Source: Octopus sinensis (Eukaryota). From it: DNA of 62,143 nt. The stretch's first letter is position 1; every line of letters starts with the position of its first letter. The notes beneath the pieces are model-generated. The model had not been told where the DNA came from, made no database searches, and saw only the letters and a list, made by a program, of their open reading frames with translations. The position numbers and the translations under genes were made by a program. This document shows, one piece after another, positions 14,704 to 28,049 of the stretch. The stretch is from the NCBI RefSeq assembly GCF_006345805.1, contig NW_021832247.1, positions 1 to 62,143 on the forward strand, in the 5' to 3' direction.

Positions 14704-16559
14704 TCAGAAATACATCAGCAAACGATTTGTCTCGTTCTGCATCGCGGAATACGTTGATGGGCGATGCTTGCAGCGTGTATATTGTGTATATTGTGCATCA
14801 TTTAAATACCGAACTGCAATTAAATGTAAGATAAATGGAAACGGATTTCATTTGTAGCTCATATTCTCTTGCTTGTAATTCGCCAGTTCGACTGCCTGGT
14901 TATTTGCTTCCCTTTTAGCCAAAATAACAGCAAAAGTACTGTAGTGTAATATAGAAAAATCTGATAAATCCGTCTAACGAGACTTCACGGCATAATATTC
15001 TACTAAAGGAAATTCTAAACCATATCCATCTGCCGGCTCAATTTCGGAAATTTGAATGCATGACTGGGTAATTGTGAAGGTTCGCAGCTCAAAATAATTC
15101 AATCCGCAACTTGTTTCTCTTTTGTAGTTGAATTAGGGCGTCTAAATGTATTTTAAGCCGTAGATATTTTTCTTCTCTTATGTTATATGTGTAACAGGTT
15201 CGGGATGCTATCGTGGCTTTTTTTCTTTTTACTGTTTTGGGGATATAAAATCATGAAATACGTGGATTGTCAACGTTTTAAACACGCTACTTCCTGAACG
15301 AGAGAGTAAATATGCGCCATCGCTGTCTCTCCCGCCTCCTTTTCTCTCTTTTCAACTCTCTTTTTCTTTCTTTCCCGCTTTTCCTCTCTCACCCATTCAT
15401 CCTTTCTCTCGTTCGCTAGCTCTCCCTCATTCTTTCGTTCATGTTTCTTTTTTTTCGCTCTCTCTCTCTCTCTTTCTCGCTCTCTCTGTCTACGTCTCTG
15501 TCTCTCTCACTCGCTCGATACACGGAACTCAGTTTGATAGTTTTGTTTTTAAATGTCTCCAGTTGAACAAATCGCATTGTCGTAGCTAAAACCACTTTGA
15601 TCATAGACTGATAAGCTCGCATTAAACTGTGCCTGAACAATAATAAAAAAAGACCAGCATCATTAACTATTTTTGTATTCGATTTGCAAGATTCCTGATG
15701 TAAAATCGTGAGCTGAAAGAAACAGGTACTGTTATTATTCGGGACAGTCATTTTTTGTGTGACCAAATAAACACATGCACTGTATATTTGTACTTCACAT
15801 CAGATTTATTATTGTTCATATCTATTTCGTCATACATCCTGTGACCTCTGCAACGACACTCCATCCCACGTGTCTCTTCCTGTTCCAATGGGTTTAAGAA
15901 GCTATAATAAATCTGATGTGAAAAATGAATGTAGAGTATGGGTGTTAATTTGGCTGAAAAAATTACCATCCTATAATATACTAATATCCGCAAAATTCTC
16001 TATTTGGAAGGAAAGGTTAAATACATTAGTAAAATTTTTAGTATTTCAATTAGTCAAACTGTACGAAATGATAGGAGAGAAGGTACTACGTTGTATATTC
16101 AGTGTCATGTCAGTGTACCACTATATTCTTTAGCTTGATGTTTATGAAATGTTACTAACATATATTATGAAGGATCTAAACTTTCTAGTTGGTGTGTGTT
16201 TCAGACATTGTTATTCTAGGTCCCTTATTTTTCTCAGAATTGAGTGTGCTTTTACCTGCCAAAACGATGTTCATTGATTACACTTAATGATTTATACATA
16301 GTACAGCAGAAAGTTTGCGCAGATTTCAAAGGTTAATAAAAAGCAAACATGAAAATGTACAAAAAATAACGGTGCTCTCCAATCAAGGCCTGGGTGTTTA
16401 CGACCTGAAACAGAAGTAAGAAATGGCATGTAATGCTTCAGCACGCAAGTCCTTGATTTCAATGGTTGCTGTGCGTGTCTGTGATTTTCAGCTTATTCCT
16501 TAACTTCTATATTCTCTTGATTTGGTCTTATCTGAATCTCATCTGTTCCCCACCATGAA

Positions 16560-16827
16560 AAGACACATGTCTGGGACCCGGTATCGCTGCTGTGCTCTTT
16601 CGCCACAACTTTCTCTCACTCTTACTTCCTGTTTCTCTTGTACCTGTATTTCAAAGGGCCGGCCTTGTCACTCTCTGTGTCACGCTGAGTATCCCCGAGA
16701 ACTACGTTAAGGGTATACGTGTCTGTGGAGTGCTCAGCCACTTACACGTTAATTTCACGAGCAGACTGTTCCGTTGGTCGGGTCAACCGGAACCCTCATC
16801 GTCGTAACCGAAGGAGTGCTTCCATAT
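16560..16827 (+). mobile_element. SINE family B, 5'-truncated
   Basis: Matches the family B body through CGTAACCGAAGGAGTGCTTCCA. Confidence 0.88.
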
Positions 16828-17107
16828 CCATCGCAGAGAGGATGACGTCACATCTGATGTTGATAGTTTTTGTTTTTAGAAACTCGTTGAGAGCTTCTTC
16901 ACGAACGAGGTCCAAGCACGACAAGACCGAGGGCAGAATTGTGTGGACCGCAAGGATTAATATGTTAAAAACTCAAAATCATTTCTTAATATTCCATGGG
17001 AATAACTTGGTCAGCCTATGAAATTTTAAGCCTCGTATATTGTTCGACGCTCTAAAATTGGATAAACATATCTCTATATGTACACGCGTGCGTTTATACA
17101 TACATAC

Positions 17108-17111
<4 letters not shown>

Positions 17112-17193
<82 letters not shown>

Positions 17194-17209
17194 TAGGTAG
17201 ATAGATAGT

Positions 17210-17288
<79 letters not shown>

Positions 17289-17290
17289 AT
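17112..17290. repeat. (TA)n-(GA)n-(GATA)n compound microsatellite
   Basis: Direct reading. Confidence 0.97.
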
Positions 17291-18676
17291 ATACATATAG
17301 ATACTGATATACATACCTAGGCCATACGAACGGAAATAACCATAACAAGTTGGTGTATCTTAAGAAGCAGAGCAATATATTGGAATATGAATGCCCCGAC
17401 ACATAGGCCGTAATTATCAAGAATATTTACGATAATTATATATACTGGACGTAACATATGCTGGGCACGATCTTACACCTCAGTCACTGAAAGCACTTAT
17501 TTATTGCTGCCGGTATCAATCGTATGACATATCATTCATCTGACTATCCAATGCTGTTATATGTACAAGGCGACTTACACGTCATCTGATGGCATCTTAA
17601 GATACTGTGTATGATATACAGCTTATGACTGCATGGGAATCATTGCACGCATACTTCTCCACTTCAAGTGCAGCGGCGGCGGATTACTCATTCCTATCCA
17701 GAAGTCTGGACAACGTGGACGCACACTACCGCACACACACACACACACACACACACACCACACACGTAGACACACACATACACACACACACACACGCACA
17801 GACGTGCAGGCGTAGACTCGTCTATGTATGTATGTGTTTATTAATTTCCCCTCTTGGTCTAGATAACATATTTCATTAATGTCCTAACACGAAACAACAT
17901 ATGTTGTAGAAGCCCTCTGTGACCCTGCAATTGAACTGGAAGCTGTCATTCCGTTACCATGAAGTAATCTGATTATATTAGACAGTATACTGGCTAATAT
18001 AATAATTTTCATTTAATGATATTTCGTAAGTTTTAGCACATATCACTACAACGTATTGCTTTCCACTAGATGAGCAATGAACTGTGAGCTTCCAGCCGCC
18101 AATTCGACGGTATACTTGTACGCGAAAATCACTGTCACTGTTAGGAATCTTCCTATAATGTTTTCTTTAACCCATAACAATAGAGACCACTTTAACTCAC
18201 CACGCGAGTGTTTGTTTCTGTCTTTTACGGTCAATAATGCTATGCAACTGGGAACAAGATTCCCACTATAACAATAATCAGATGCTAACTGTATCAGATA
18301 CTAGTAAGTGTTGGGATCTATCTAATGAGAAAGAAAAAAGCTTGACCCATGATCCAATAAAAGCATTGTTTATTTATATAAAAGGTAAACGTTTCCATTT
18401 AAATCTGAAATTCAGAAGTTTATACGTTTCAGTAAAATGCTATTTGCTATTGGAACACGTAAGAAAACTATTTATTGTGTATTGTCATGGAGCAAAAAAT
18501 TCTCGCTGTGGACAAACGGAGTAAATACACTGAAAGTCATCGCGCAGCGCCAACCAACCAGACTATAAGATTCAAGTATTTTGGAGTGATTATCTCCTCT
18601 TCAGTGACAGAAACCGAACATGATATGCTGCAAGCTGACAAGAGGGACTGTATTATTTATGATATTCGTCATTCAT

Positions 18677-19455
18677 TAAGGCGGCGAGCTGGCAGAAACG
18701 TTAGCACGCCGGGCGAAATGCTTAGCAGTATTTCGTCTGCCGCTATATTCTGAGTTCAAATTACGCCGAAGTCGACTTTGCCTTTCATCCTTTCGGGGTC
18801 GATTAAATAATTACCAGTTGCGCACTGGGGGAGATATAATCGATTTAAATCCGTTTGTCTGTCCTTGTTTGTCCTCTCTGTGTTTAGCACCTTGTGGGTA
18901 GTAAAGAAATAGGTATTTCGTCTGTCTTTACGTACTGAGTTCAATTCCACCGAGGTCGACTTTGCTTTCATCCTTTCGCGGACAATAAATTAAGTACCAG
19001 TTACTTAATCCCTTTGACTGTCCTAGTTTGTCCCCTCTATGTTTAGCCCATTGTGGGCAATAAAGAAATAAGAAATGTTAGCACGCCGGGCGAAATGCTT
19101 AGCGGTATTTTGTCTGCCGTTACGTTCTGAGTTGAAATTCCACCGAGGTCGACTTTGCCTTACATCCTTTCGGGTCGATAAATTAAGTACCAGTTTCACA
19201 GTGGGGTCGATATAATCGACTTAATCCGTCTGTTTGTCCTTGTTTGTCCTCTCTGTGTTTAGCCCCTTGTGGATAGTAAAGAAATAGGTATTTTGTCTGG
19301 CTTTACGTACTGAGTTCAAATTCCAGCGAGGTCGACTTAGCCTTTCATCCTTTCGGTGCCGGTAGGTTAAGTACCAGTTGCGTACTGGGGTCGATCTAAT
19401 CGACTGGGGCCCTCCCCATAAATTTCGGGCCTTGTGCCTAGAGCAGAAAATAATA
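18677..19455 (+). mobile_element. Head-to-tail cluster of four SINE family C units
   Basis: Head TAAGGCGGCGAGCTGGCAGAAACGTTAG with GAGTTCAAATT (box B-like); core GTCGACTTTGCCTTTCATCCTTTCGGGGTCGAT recurs four times. Confidence 0.92.
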
Positions 19456-20058
19456 TCTACTTCATTTTTGTACATTGACCAAACACAACGAATAGCTTTC
19501 TTACGGGTTCGAATGTGCTTCAAGCACAATTGAACTGGTAATTGATTTGCATTTATAGGCATCACTGCTTAGCGTTGCCACCCGGTAAGTTATACGCTTC
19601 GCCTCGTACAAACTTCAGATACAATGCTTCTGAGTCAACCTTTTAATACAAACTTTGCGAAATGTTTTTGAATGCTCTAATTCGTTTGTGTAACCGTCTT
19701 GGAAAGTGAGCATCTTTAGCACACTCTGCTGCCTCACTTCTGATATGAATCATTTCATCATTTAAAATGTTAATTTCTGAGAAGACGTGTTTCATGAATA
19801 ATTTATTCCGTTCTACGATCTTCATGACTTGACAAACCCCGCAGCTGCAGCAACAGATGTGTTTCACTCTCACACAGCACACTAATGAACACCATATATA
19901 TATATATACATAATTTGCTAAAATAAATACATAGTCAAGGTATATAATTCGATCTATACATATGTAGATACGTATTATAAATATATGCATACGTATACGT
20001 ATATACTGATGTGTTAGTGTATGTATTGTAAGTATATGAATGTATCTATTTAAGTATG

Positions 20059-20129
<71 letters not shown>

Positions 20130-20132
<3 letters not shown>

Positions 20133-20279
20133 CTTAGGGTAACAAAAAACTTTTAGAAACAAATTCTAGAAAAATTCTCCGCTACCAGTGGTCTAGCGAG
20201 AAGGAAAGAATAGTCATTAGACTATATATTATTCATTTAAACACATAAGAGATGACCATGGTTATCTCTTATGTGTTTA
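20130..20279 (-). mobile_element. (TA)n-flanked short insert ending in a 42-bp palindrome
   Basis: Palindrome 20238-20279 (one mismatch); long hairpin 20138-20186 followed on the minus strand by CTAA then (TA)n. Confidence 0.55.
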
Positions 20280-20283
20280 TATA

Positions 20284-20317
<34 letters not shown>

Positions 20318-20617
20318 CTTATAATTAAGGGCTAAAGAAGGTTATTCTAAAGCCAATACACTGATTTATCCAATTATAATCCACTTGTTACAGGAAAACT
20401 GAACTGAAAGCGGGCAACTAACCTTTAAACAATTTAAATTTCGTTATCTCTCTATTGAATCAATTTCGGAATTAATCCCTATAAAGGATACATTCTTCTT
20501 CAGTAGAGCTTACTGAAGAAGAATGTATCCTTAAAGGTTTTTTTTAATATACTGTCACGCTTTTTCATGGAATCCTTTTCTGTAGAGAAAGGGTCTTCAA
20601 CCTATAATGTTAGTGAA
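20318..20617 (-). mobile_element. (TA)n-flanked insert with hammerhead-like motif and local inversion
   Basis: Minus strand 20450-20508: CTCTA-CTGAAGA-A-GAAT...ATTC-C-GAAA-TTGATTCAA-TAGAG; 22-bp inverted repeat 20484-20505/20511-20532. Confidence 0.6.
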
Positions 20618-20619
20618 TA

Positions 20620-20663
<44 letters not shown>

Positions 20664-20734
20664 TATATAATATATATATATAATATATATACATATATAT
20701 ATGTATATATGTGTATCATGTATGTGTGTATAAA

Positions 20735-20900
20735 CCAGACATAAGTTTGTTAAACTACAAAATACAAAATATAAATATCCACACTACCACACTTGAAACG
20801 CACCTGTGATAGCAATTAATCTCGATTTGAATGTGTGTGTGGAAGGTATTTAGAATGTCCAAACTTATTTCTGCAAATGTGCTAAGCACTGATGCTGACC
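20735..20900. repeat. Unclassified dispersed repeat, inverted partner at 49019-49175
   Basis: GAAGGTATTTAGAATGTCCAAACTTATTTCTGCAAATGTGCTAAGCACTGATGCTGA is found reverse-complemented at ~49021-49077. Confidence 0.8.
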
Positions 20901-21273
20901 ACAGTTTAATCAAGAAGCGTAGAAGCTAGGTAAATACAGTAACAACAGCGGAGTCAGAGATACATTTTAGCGGCCCTTTAGAAATTGATCCATCTTACGA
21001 TACCCACTAGGAGTTCATGGCATGAAATTAATTATCATTGTTCTGATTTGGTCACCAATAGCATTTATTTAGATGAAAATGCAGTAAAAGTAGTGGAGGT
21101 GTCAGTGGAGCCCCAGTTGGGCGGCCCTTAAAAGAATAGAGACACTTATGACATTCCCTGATATTAGGAGTCTTGCTCGTTTGCGCTTCGTTGTCCTTGC
21201 GCCAACGATCTATGAGAAGTTGACGAATATATAAGCGTAATGGACGGAGAAAATATGACTCTAATTTATAATA

Positions 21274-21310
<37 letters not shown>

Positions 21311-21448
21311 CATTTGTCTGTTTATCTGCGTGTGTCTGTGTGTGTGTTTCTGTATGTGTGTGACATGTAACGTGTCACAATGCAGAGTGGACTGTAATAA
21401 CTGTTAGAAATAATTTAAATTTTCATAGTCTAATATTTCGGAATATAA

Positions 21449-21832
21449 GGAAGCACTCCGTCGGTTACGACGACGAGGGTTCCGGCTGATCCGATAAACG
21501 GAACAGCCTGCTCGTGAAATTAACGTGTAAGTGGTTGAGCACTCCACAGACACGTGTACCCTTAACGTAGTTCTCGGGGATATTCAGCGTGACACAGAGA
21601 GTGACAAGGCCGGCCCTTTGAAATACAGGTACAAGAGAAACAAGAAGTAAGAGTCAGAGAAAGTTGTGGCGAAAGAGTACAACAGGGATCACCACCATCC
21701 CCTGCCAGAGCCTCGTCGAGCTTTTAGGTGTTTTCGCTCAATAAACACTCACAACGCCCGGTCTGGGAATCGAAACCGCGATCCTACGACCGCGAGTCCA
21801 CTGCCCTAACCACTGGGCCATTGCGCCTCCAC
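21449..21832 (-). mobile_element. SINE family B, full length, with TSD
   Basis: TSD TTTCGGAATATAA at 21436-21448 and 21835-21847. Confidence 0.95.
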
Positions 21833-21994
21833 TTTTTCGGAATATAAAAATTCCTTCTCCAGAGATTGCTAGGAGTTAACGCAAATATACGATACGTATA
21901 TAATTAATTTGTTACGTATGCATGTATGTATGAATGCATATATATCCATGTTTGTATTCTTTTAATATACTTGCATATATGTGTATATATGTTT

Positions 21995-22212
21995 GCGGCG
22001 AGCTTTCAGAATCGTTACCTCATCTGGCAGAATGTTTTGCGACATTTCGCTCGTTTTTACATTCTGAGATTAAATTTCACGAATGTCAAAGTTAGGTTTT
22101 CATCGTTTCCGGGTCGATAATTTAAGTACCAGTTGAGCACAGTGTTTGATGTAATCAACTTACCCCATCCCCTGAAACCGCTGGCCTTGTTTCTAAAATT
22201 CGTAACCAATAT
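21995..22212 (+). mobile_element. Degenerate SINE family C copy
   Basis: GCGGCGAGCTTTCAGAATCGTTA head and GGGTCGATAATTTAAGTACCAGTT core. Confidence 0.7.
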
Positions 22213-22385
22213 TTAGCAAATATTCTCTTCCAGTTGGATCTCATGCCGATGATATCCTCAATCTTGTAATATATTTGTTAGCGGTTTGTATATTCTATCT
22301 TTTGTGTAAAAAATACGCCCTGAGTATTTCATACAAATGAATTGCAAGAAATTAATAATATTCAAGGTGAGATTTTATAATAACA

Positions 22386-22760
22386 CTAACAGTATCGCCC
22401 GGCGTTGCTCGGGTTTGTAAGGGAAATAACTATAAAGCATCTTTAGAGAGTTATAGCCAAAAAATAGAAAAAAATAGAAAAAAAATTATGGTAAATTTTT
22501 TTTGAGAGTTAAAAATGTCGAGTTGCGTCCACTAGACGGTCTGTGGTTTGTGTTTCTGATTCTCGTACCCATGTCGAATTTATCGATTTTTTTCAGAACT
22601 GGGGGAACTTTTCAAAATTTTCGCTGTGTTAGTTTTGAATTATGACATTGGGCAATGTGTGTGTCAAGTTTCATCAGAATCGTTTGAAAGCCATGGTCAG
22701 GGTGAGGGTACAACCTGACAGACACACAGAGACACAGACAGACAAATATATATAGAGAGA
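22386..22760 (-). mobile_element. Non-autonomous Helitron-like element
   Basis: Minus strand starts TC after A and ends with hairpin CCCGAGCAACGCCGGG plus TTAG (variant of CTAG) before T; 3' end shared with 41889-42291. Confidence 0.7.
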
Positions 22761-23247
22761 TTCGATGCCTGAACAAGGATTTAAGTCTGTTGCATGACTC
22801 CTTTTCAGCATTTCAGTTCAATCACGCAATGCTAAATTGAATTTTCAATTAATTCTTGAAGGGATCCCTATCAGAGTCGATGAGTTTATATTTAATGTCT
22901 TTCTTCAAAGTTATAATTATTCTATAATTTGTTTTTTTTTTTTTTATTTTTTCGGTTTTCTGGTCGAATACTTTACAGAGATAGTTGTTGAGGGTCTTCT
23001 GGTTTTGCTCTCTTGAACCTGTTGATTTAGGGTTCATAACTGTCTTTAATCCGTTCTTAGTTGAGATATGATGACGCAGACGATACTTTTCCTGAGAAAA
23101 AAAAATAGAAGAAAAAATACTATGCCAAGATTCCCATAAATGTTCAGCATTTTAGTAACGGCGGACATTTTGTTGCTTCCACCTCGCTAAATTTATATGT
23201 CGGACAAATGTAAATGGAATTCTATAATATATAAACTATATGAAAAT

Positions 23248-23296
<49 letters not shown>

Positions 23297-23423
23297 TATA
23301 TATATATTTATATATATATATATATATATATATAGATATATATATATTCATATATATATATTTATATATATATATATATATATTATACATAATATATATT
23401 TATATATATATATATATATATAT

Positions 23424-23874
23424 AAAAACAATAAGATTCAAGTTAATTTAAATGAATTTACTTGAATATGGTACCTAACTTAGATGCACCAAAAAAAACT
23501 ATACTGTTTTAACAATACAGTAATGTGGGGTGATTATAAGCGAGAAAGAAGCAACAAGAATGGATAGGTTTTTAGTACAATCGTTTCATACAAGGACAGG
23601 CTTTATTAAAAGTTGTAAAAATTACAGCATATAACCGTGTCAAGTACTCATCAGCTAAAATACATGTGAGTTCTCTAGACATCCTAGTGGTTGAGGCTAT
23701 ACTCATGAAGTAATGTAGATAATTAAGTAACATAAACAGATTTCCAAAGTTCATTAAAGTTCTTTAAAGATGATGTACAGTCTTATCACAGAATTTTAAA
23801 AAAGTTCTAATAGCATCACAGAGAAACGATTGTACTAAAAACCTATCCATTCTTGTTGCTTTTTCTCGCTTATA
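23424..23874 (-). mobile_element. (TA)n-flanked PLE-type insert with hammerhead and inverted segment
   Basis: Inverted arms 23535-23587 and 23823-23874; terminal hairpin ATTCAAGT/ACTTGAAT (23436-23467) plus CTTA. Confidence 0.72.
23570..23660 (-). ncRNA. Type I hammerhead ribozyme
   Basis: Minus strand TTTTAG-CTGATGA-GTAC..GACA.GGTT...AGCC-TGTC..GTAT-GAAA-CGATTG-TA-CTAAAA: all core nucleotides present, perfect 6-bp stem I, long stem II, near-palindromic stem III. Confidence 0.8.
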
Positions 23875-23886
23875 TATATATACATA

Positions 23887-23942
<56 letters not shown>

Positions 23943-23983
23943 TATATATTATATATATATATATATATTATTTATATATATAT

Positions 23984-24018
<35 letters not shown>

Positions 24019-24069
24019 ATAATATGTATATATATATATATACATTATCTATATATATTTATATTATAC

Positions 24070-24100
<31 letters not shown>

Positions 24101-24101
24101 C

Positions 24102-24162
<61 letters not shown>

Positions 24163-24216
24163 TTATATATATACATATATATATTTATATATATATATAT
24201 ATACATATATATATTG

Positions 24217-24261
<45 letters not shown>

Positions 24262-24371
24262 TATATTTATATATATGTATATATATCTATGTATATATTA
24301 TATACATATATATATATTTATATATATACATATATATATTTATATATATATATATATACATATATATATTG

Positions 24372-24416
<45 letters not shown>

Positions 24417-24470
24417 TATATTTATATATATGTATGCGTGTGTATATATGTATTTATACACACACGTGTA
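23875..24470. repeat. Long (TA)n array with internal higher-order duplication
   Basis: Direct reading; ATTGCTATAT interruption recurs near 24213 and 24368. Confidence 0.95.
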
Positions 24471-24656
24471 TGTATATTTATGGATGTACATGTGCATGTA
24501 TACGCATGTAGGCCTTATGTATGTATACGTCAACGATGTACGAAAGATTTACATGACCAATCAAAACTAAAAGTAACATTGTTATAAGGCAATGCCTGAA
24601 TATTATCAGATTACAATTAAATGCCGAAGAACGAGAGTGAAATTTATCTATCTCTT

Positions 24657-24687
<31 letters not shown>

Positions 24688-24769
24688 GTGTGTGTATATA
24701 CATATATTTATTTGTATGTGTGTGTCTACATGATATCGATGTGAGTGTATGTGTATACAATACATGGAG

Positions 24770-24837
<68 letters not shown>

Positions 24838-25329
24838 GATATATATATATATATTATATATATATATATATATATATGAGAAAGAACTAGAGAGCTTGGT
24901 ACGGAATGAAATCTAGACTTAGAGTGAGTTAAGTAGTTAAGTTTAAGGAAATATTGCATTAAAAGTAAAGCAGAATAGAATATATGTTGCTGAGTGACAT
25001 AGAGTCCGTAGAAGTTTCGTAATGGAGAGATTAGTGTGGATGGCGCAAGAATGAACCATTCACGGAACTAAATCTGGTGACTCCATTTGATATTGCAAAT
25101 GAATTCTAGAAACCTAAACCTACATCAGCTTCAAGATAGAACTTTCCAGAATGAATTCTTTATCAGCTTAATGACTAAAATATTAGTGTTGGTTTCTGGT
25201 GGTAAGTCTATCATATATTTCAGAATAAACTTGTGGCCAACTTGATATTTAGGCGCTTCTCTGTATGACTGACTTTGGTCTGTCGGCGAATACAGTATCT
25301 AGCAGCCATTGCTAAATTTTATTTCTCCA

Positions 25330-27000
25330 GTTAACGGTAATATATTATCTGTAGAGTTTTTACTAATCTTCGAAACAGAGCAGTCACTTTCGTCGTACAG
25401 AATAGCAGTGCATAGGTATTTGAATAATATATTCAGGATTGTGTTGTAACACAGTAAATTGTACAAAAGGTGTGGCCAGCTGTACTGTCGATATTCATCA
25501 TGTCTTTGGTTCAGAGACGAAAATTGTTCAACACGTGACACTGTGTATTCGACTTCCACAACAAGCTAATAGCATAGGAGAGTGCAAATCTAACGTTTAA
25601 GAGGGTTTTGGCGCTGTATATGTAATTCGGAAACGTTCGACTGTTTGGTGTTCTACGCTTGGAGGTCTCTTTTTAAAACGATAATGATACAATGCCGAAA
25701 TGTAGAACATTAGCATACAAAACTCATACGGAAGCTGGCCATAGTTCCTGACTTGCAAATCAATCAGTAATTCTTTTAAGTTGTTCTCGACAAAATCCCT
25801 TCCAGGACATTGTCATTCATATCCTCCGACAATCTGCTCTAGATTATAAGTATTGTTATTTTACTGAGTGTTGTGTGCAAGTCTTTTCCAACAGTCTCGA
25901 TGTTTGACACTCAAATTCTGTCTCCGCTTGTCCCAAGAAGCTCGATCCAAGACAGGAGTAGCAAGATGATGCTCCTCAACTTGGTCCAGTGATTTTAAAG
26001 GCAAACATGTGCTTCATTCGCTAACTGATATACACAATATCTTAGGGTCAACTATGTCTGCCTATATCCAAGGAGGCGGTTACGTTGCTGACGACTTTTC
26101 CGGTCCTTATCCAGAATGTGGTGCTATCTAAGACAAAATTTGTTTGCCTTCACCAAATTTCTTAGTCCAGTGATAGACGTCACGGAAGGCCACTGTAGTC
26201 TTGATATTCCGGTTACCAAATTGCAAGCTCATTGGTTGTTGGGTTCGCAACATTGAAGATTGGGAGAGTTCTGTTGTTAACCTTCTAGACCTCTATACTA
26301 GGTATATGCTCCTGTATGACCTCACTGTGTCCAGATAAAAGGAATTCATATGAAAGCAGAACATTTTTTTGCAGTGCCGGTGCTATGGATTTAATCAAAT
26401 TTTCTCAGCTAAGTTTTCTTCCTGTTTGGATTAAAGAATATTTGTCTTGTTTCACTTATCATGTACAATGTGTGGTCGTCAATATATAGAAGTAATATGT
26501 TTTCATCCTGGTTTTTCAATCACATGCACAAGCCTCGATCTTCACAATATGCATGTCAGAGGGAGTAACATAATCCAAAAGAGCAATTTGAGAGGGATAG
26601 TCTCCCTGGTGTTCCCACTCATTGAATTTTTACATTACTTACTGATTCACTTCCACTATTTTGTACTTTTCATGATCTCAACTTTTCGAACAAATTCATC
26701 CAATCTTTTCATTAATCTTCTCAGACTCCCTCAAGAGCCAGAAGCGTAGAACGACTCCTTAAGTTTTCTTGTAGTTCACTCAGTTAATGACATAGTTAAT
26801 TTTTTCCTATTTGTACCTCATCAATACCACGCTATACATATACAACAGATCAACAATTACACTAGACTTCCTTCTGCATTACTTTGGTTCCTCTGGTAAT
26901 AGATTCTTCTCCTCCAAAACATAATGGTATGAGCTCAGCTAATGAATTCCATATTAACAGCAAGCATAATAGAGATCTATAGTAACTGATTTCCCCTGTC
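25330..27000 (-). pseudogene. Heavily decayed Ty3/Gypsy-type pol remnant (RNase H to integrase)
   Basis: Minus-strand translations in the expected order: APALQKNVLLSYEFLLSGH and QWPS..LVKANKFC (H2C2 zinc-finger-like), PPPWI*ADIVDP (start of catalytic core), VEQF..SWPHLL..LCYNT (core C-terminus); many stops and frameshifts. Confidence 0.55.
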
Positions 27001-27829
27001 TGTAGGTTGCCGTTGTTTATGAGCAAATTCTGTCCTCTCTCTTGTCAGATAAATTGTTGTTCTATTTTCTATACAGCTTTTCAGAAAGGTTTGTATACAC
27101 CTGCTCATGCATGTGAAGAAATTTTAAAAAAAAAAATAATTCGTCGACACCGTCCGTTCTACGGGTTCTCCAATTTGGTATTTCTTCAGTTTCATTTTCA
27201 CTTTTTCAACTGCGATATTTATATTTTCTAGCTTTGTATTATTTCAGAGAGGTTATTACAATAGATTTTGACACTTTAATGTGTTTGCCTCATTTGGATT
27301 AATTGTCAGTTCTATGGATGATGGAGGAGAAAGAATCTTCATTTTCAAGAGAATATGTAGGCTAATCCAATGAGAACTGATACGTCGAATTGGATAAGCA
27401 TCAAAGATAGAAACAGCTGAGAAATTTTACTCCCGTCGATAAGTGTATTTACAAAATGAAAGACTATTTCTCGTAATTTATAATGAAAATAGAAGATATT
27501 TGTGTGTAGGTGTACGAGTGTATGTGTGTATGTGTGCATGTATGTGTTTATGTCTATATTTTTTCGTCTGCTTAATTGAACTCCTCATATCAGCTAGATA
27601 ATATTTGTTCAGATATTTTTCCTACGAAAGTCATTCACCGCTTTCTACACATACTTCGACATCAAGAGGAATGTCTATTTTGTGAATCGGCATATTTTAA
27701 TGCCCACCAAATCTTTTGATAGTTAAGGAAACAAATACTACACACTGCAGTAAAGAAGGATACAACGTACCGTGCTTTCCTATCCCCTATATCATATATA
27801 TATATATGTATGTATATATATATATTTAG

Positions 27830-27981
27830 AGGACCTGGAGTGGCTGTGTAGTAAGTAGGTTGCTTACCAACCACATGACTCTGGGTTCAGTCCAACTGCC
27901 TGGTATCTTGGTCAAGTATCTTCTACTATAGTCTCGGACCAACCAAAAGTATTGGTAGACGGAAGATGAAAGAAGCCCGTC

Positions 27982-27983
<2 letters not shown>
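27830..27983 (+). mobile_element. SINE family A, 5' half, running into (TA)n
   Basis: GGAGTGGCTGTGTAGTAAGTAG head through GAAAGAAGCCCGTCGTATA. Confidence 0.88.
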
Positions 27984-28047
<64 letters not shown>

Positions 28048-28049
28048 TA

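Noticed and set aside
18046-18298. Minus-strand frame IALLTVKDRNKHSRGELKWSL resembling a protocadherin EC repeat, overlapping a possible 47-nt AG/GTGAGT micro-exon
   Set aside because: Lacks the DxD, LDRE and DxNDN calcium motifs and has no neighbouring repeats; probably chance. A Pfam Cadherin search or spliced RNA-seq reads would settle it
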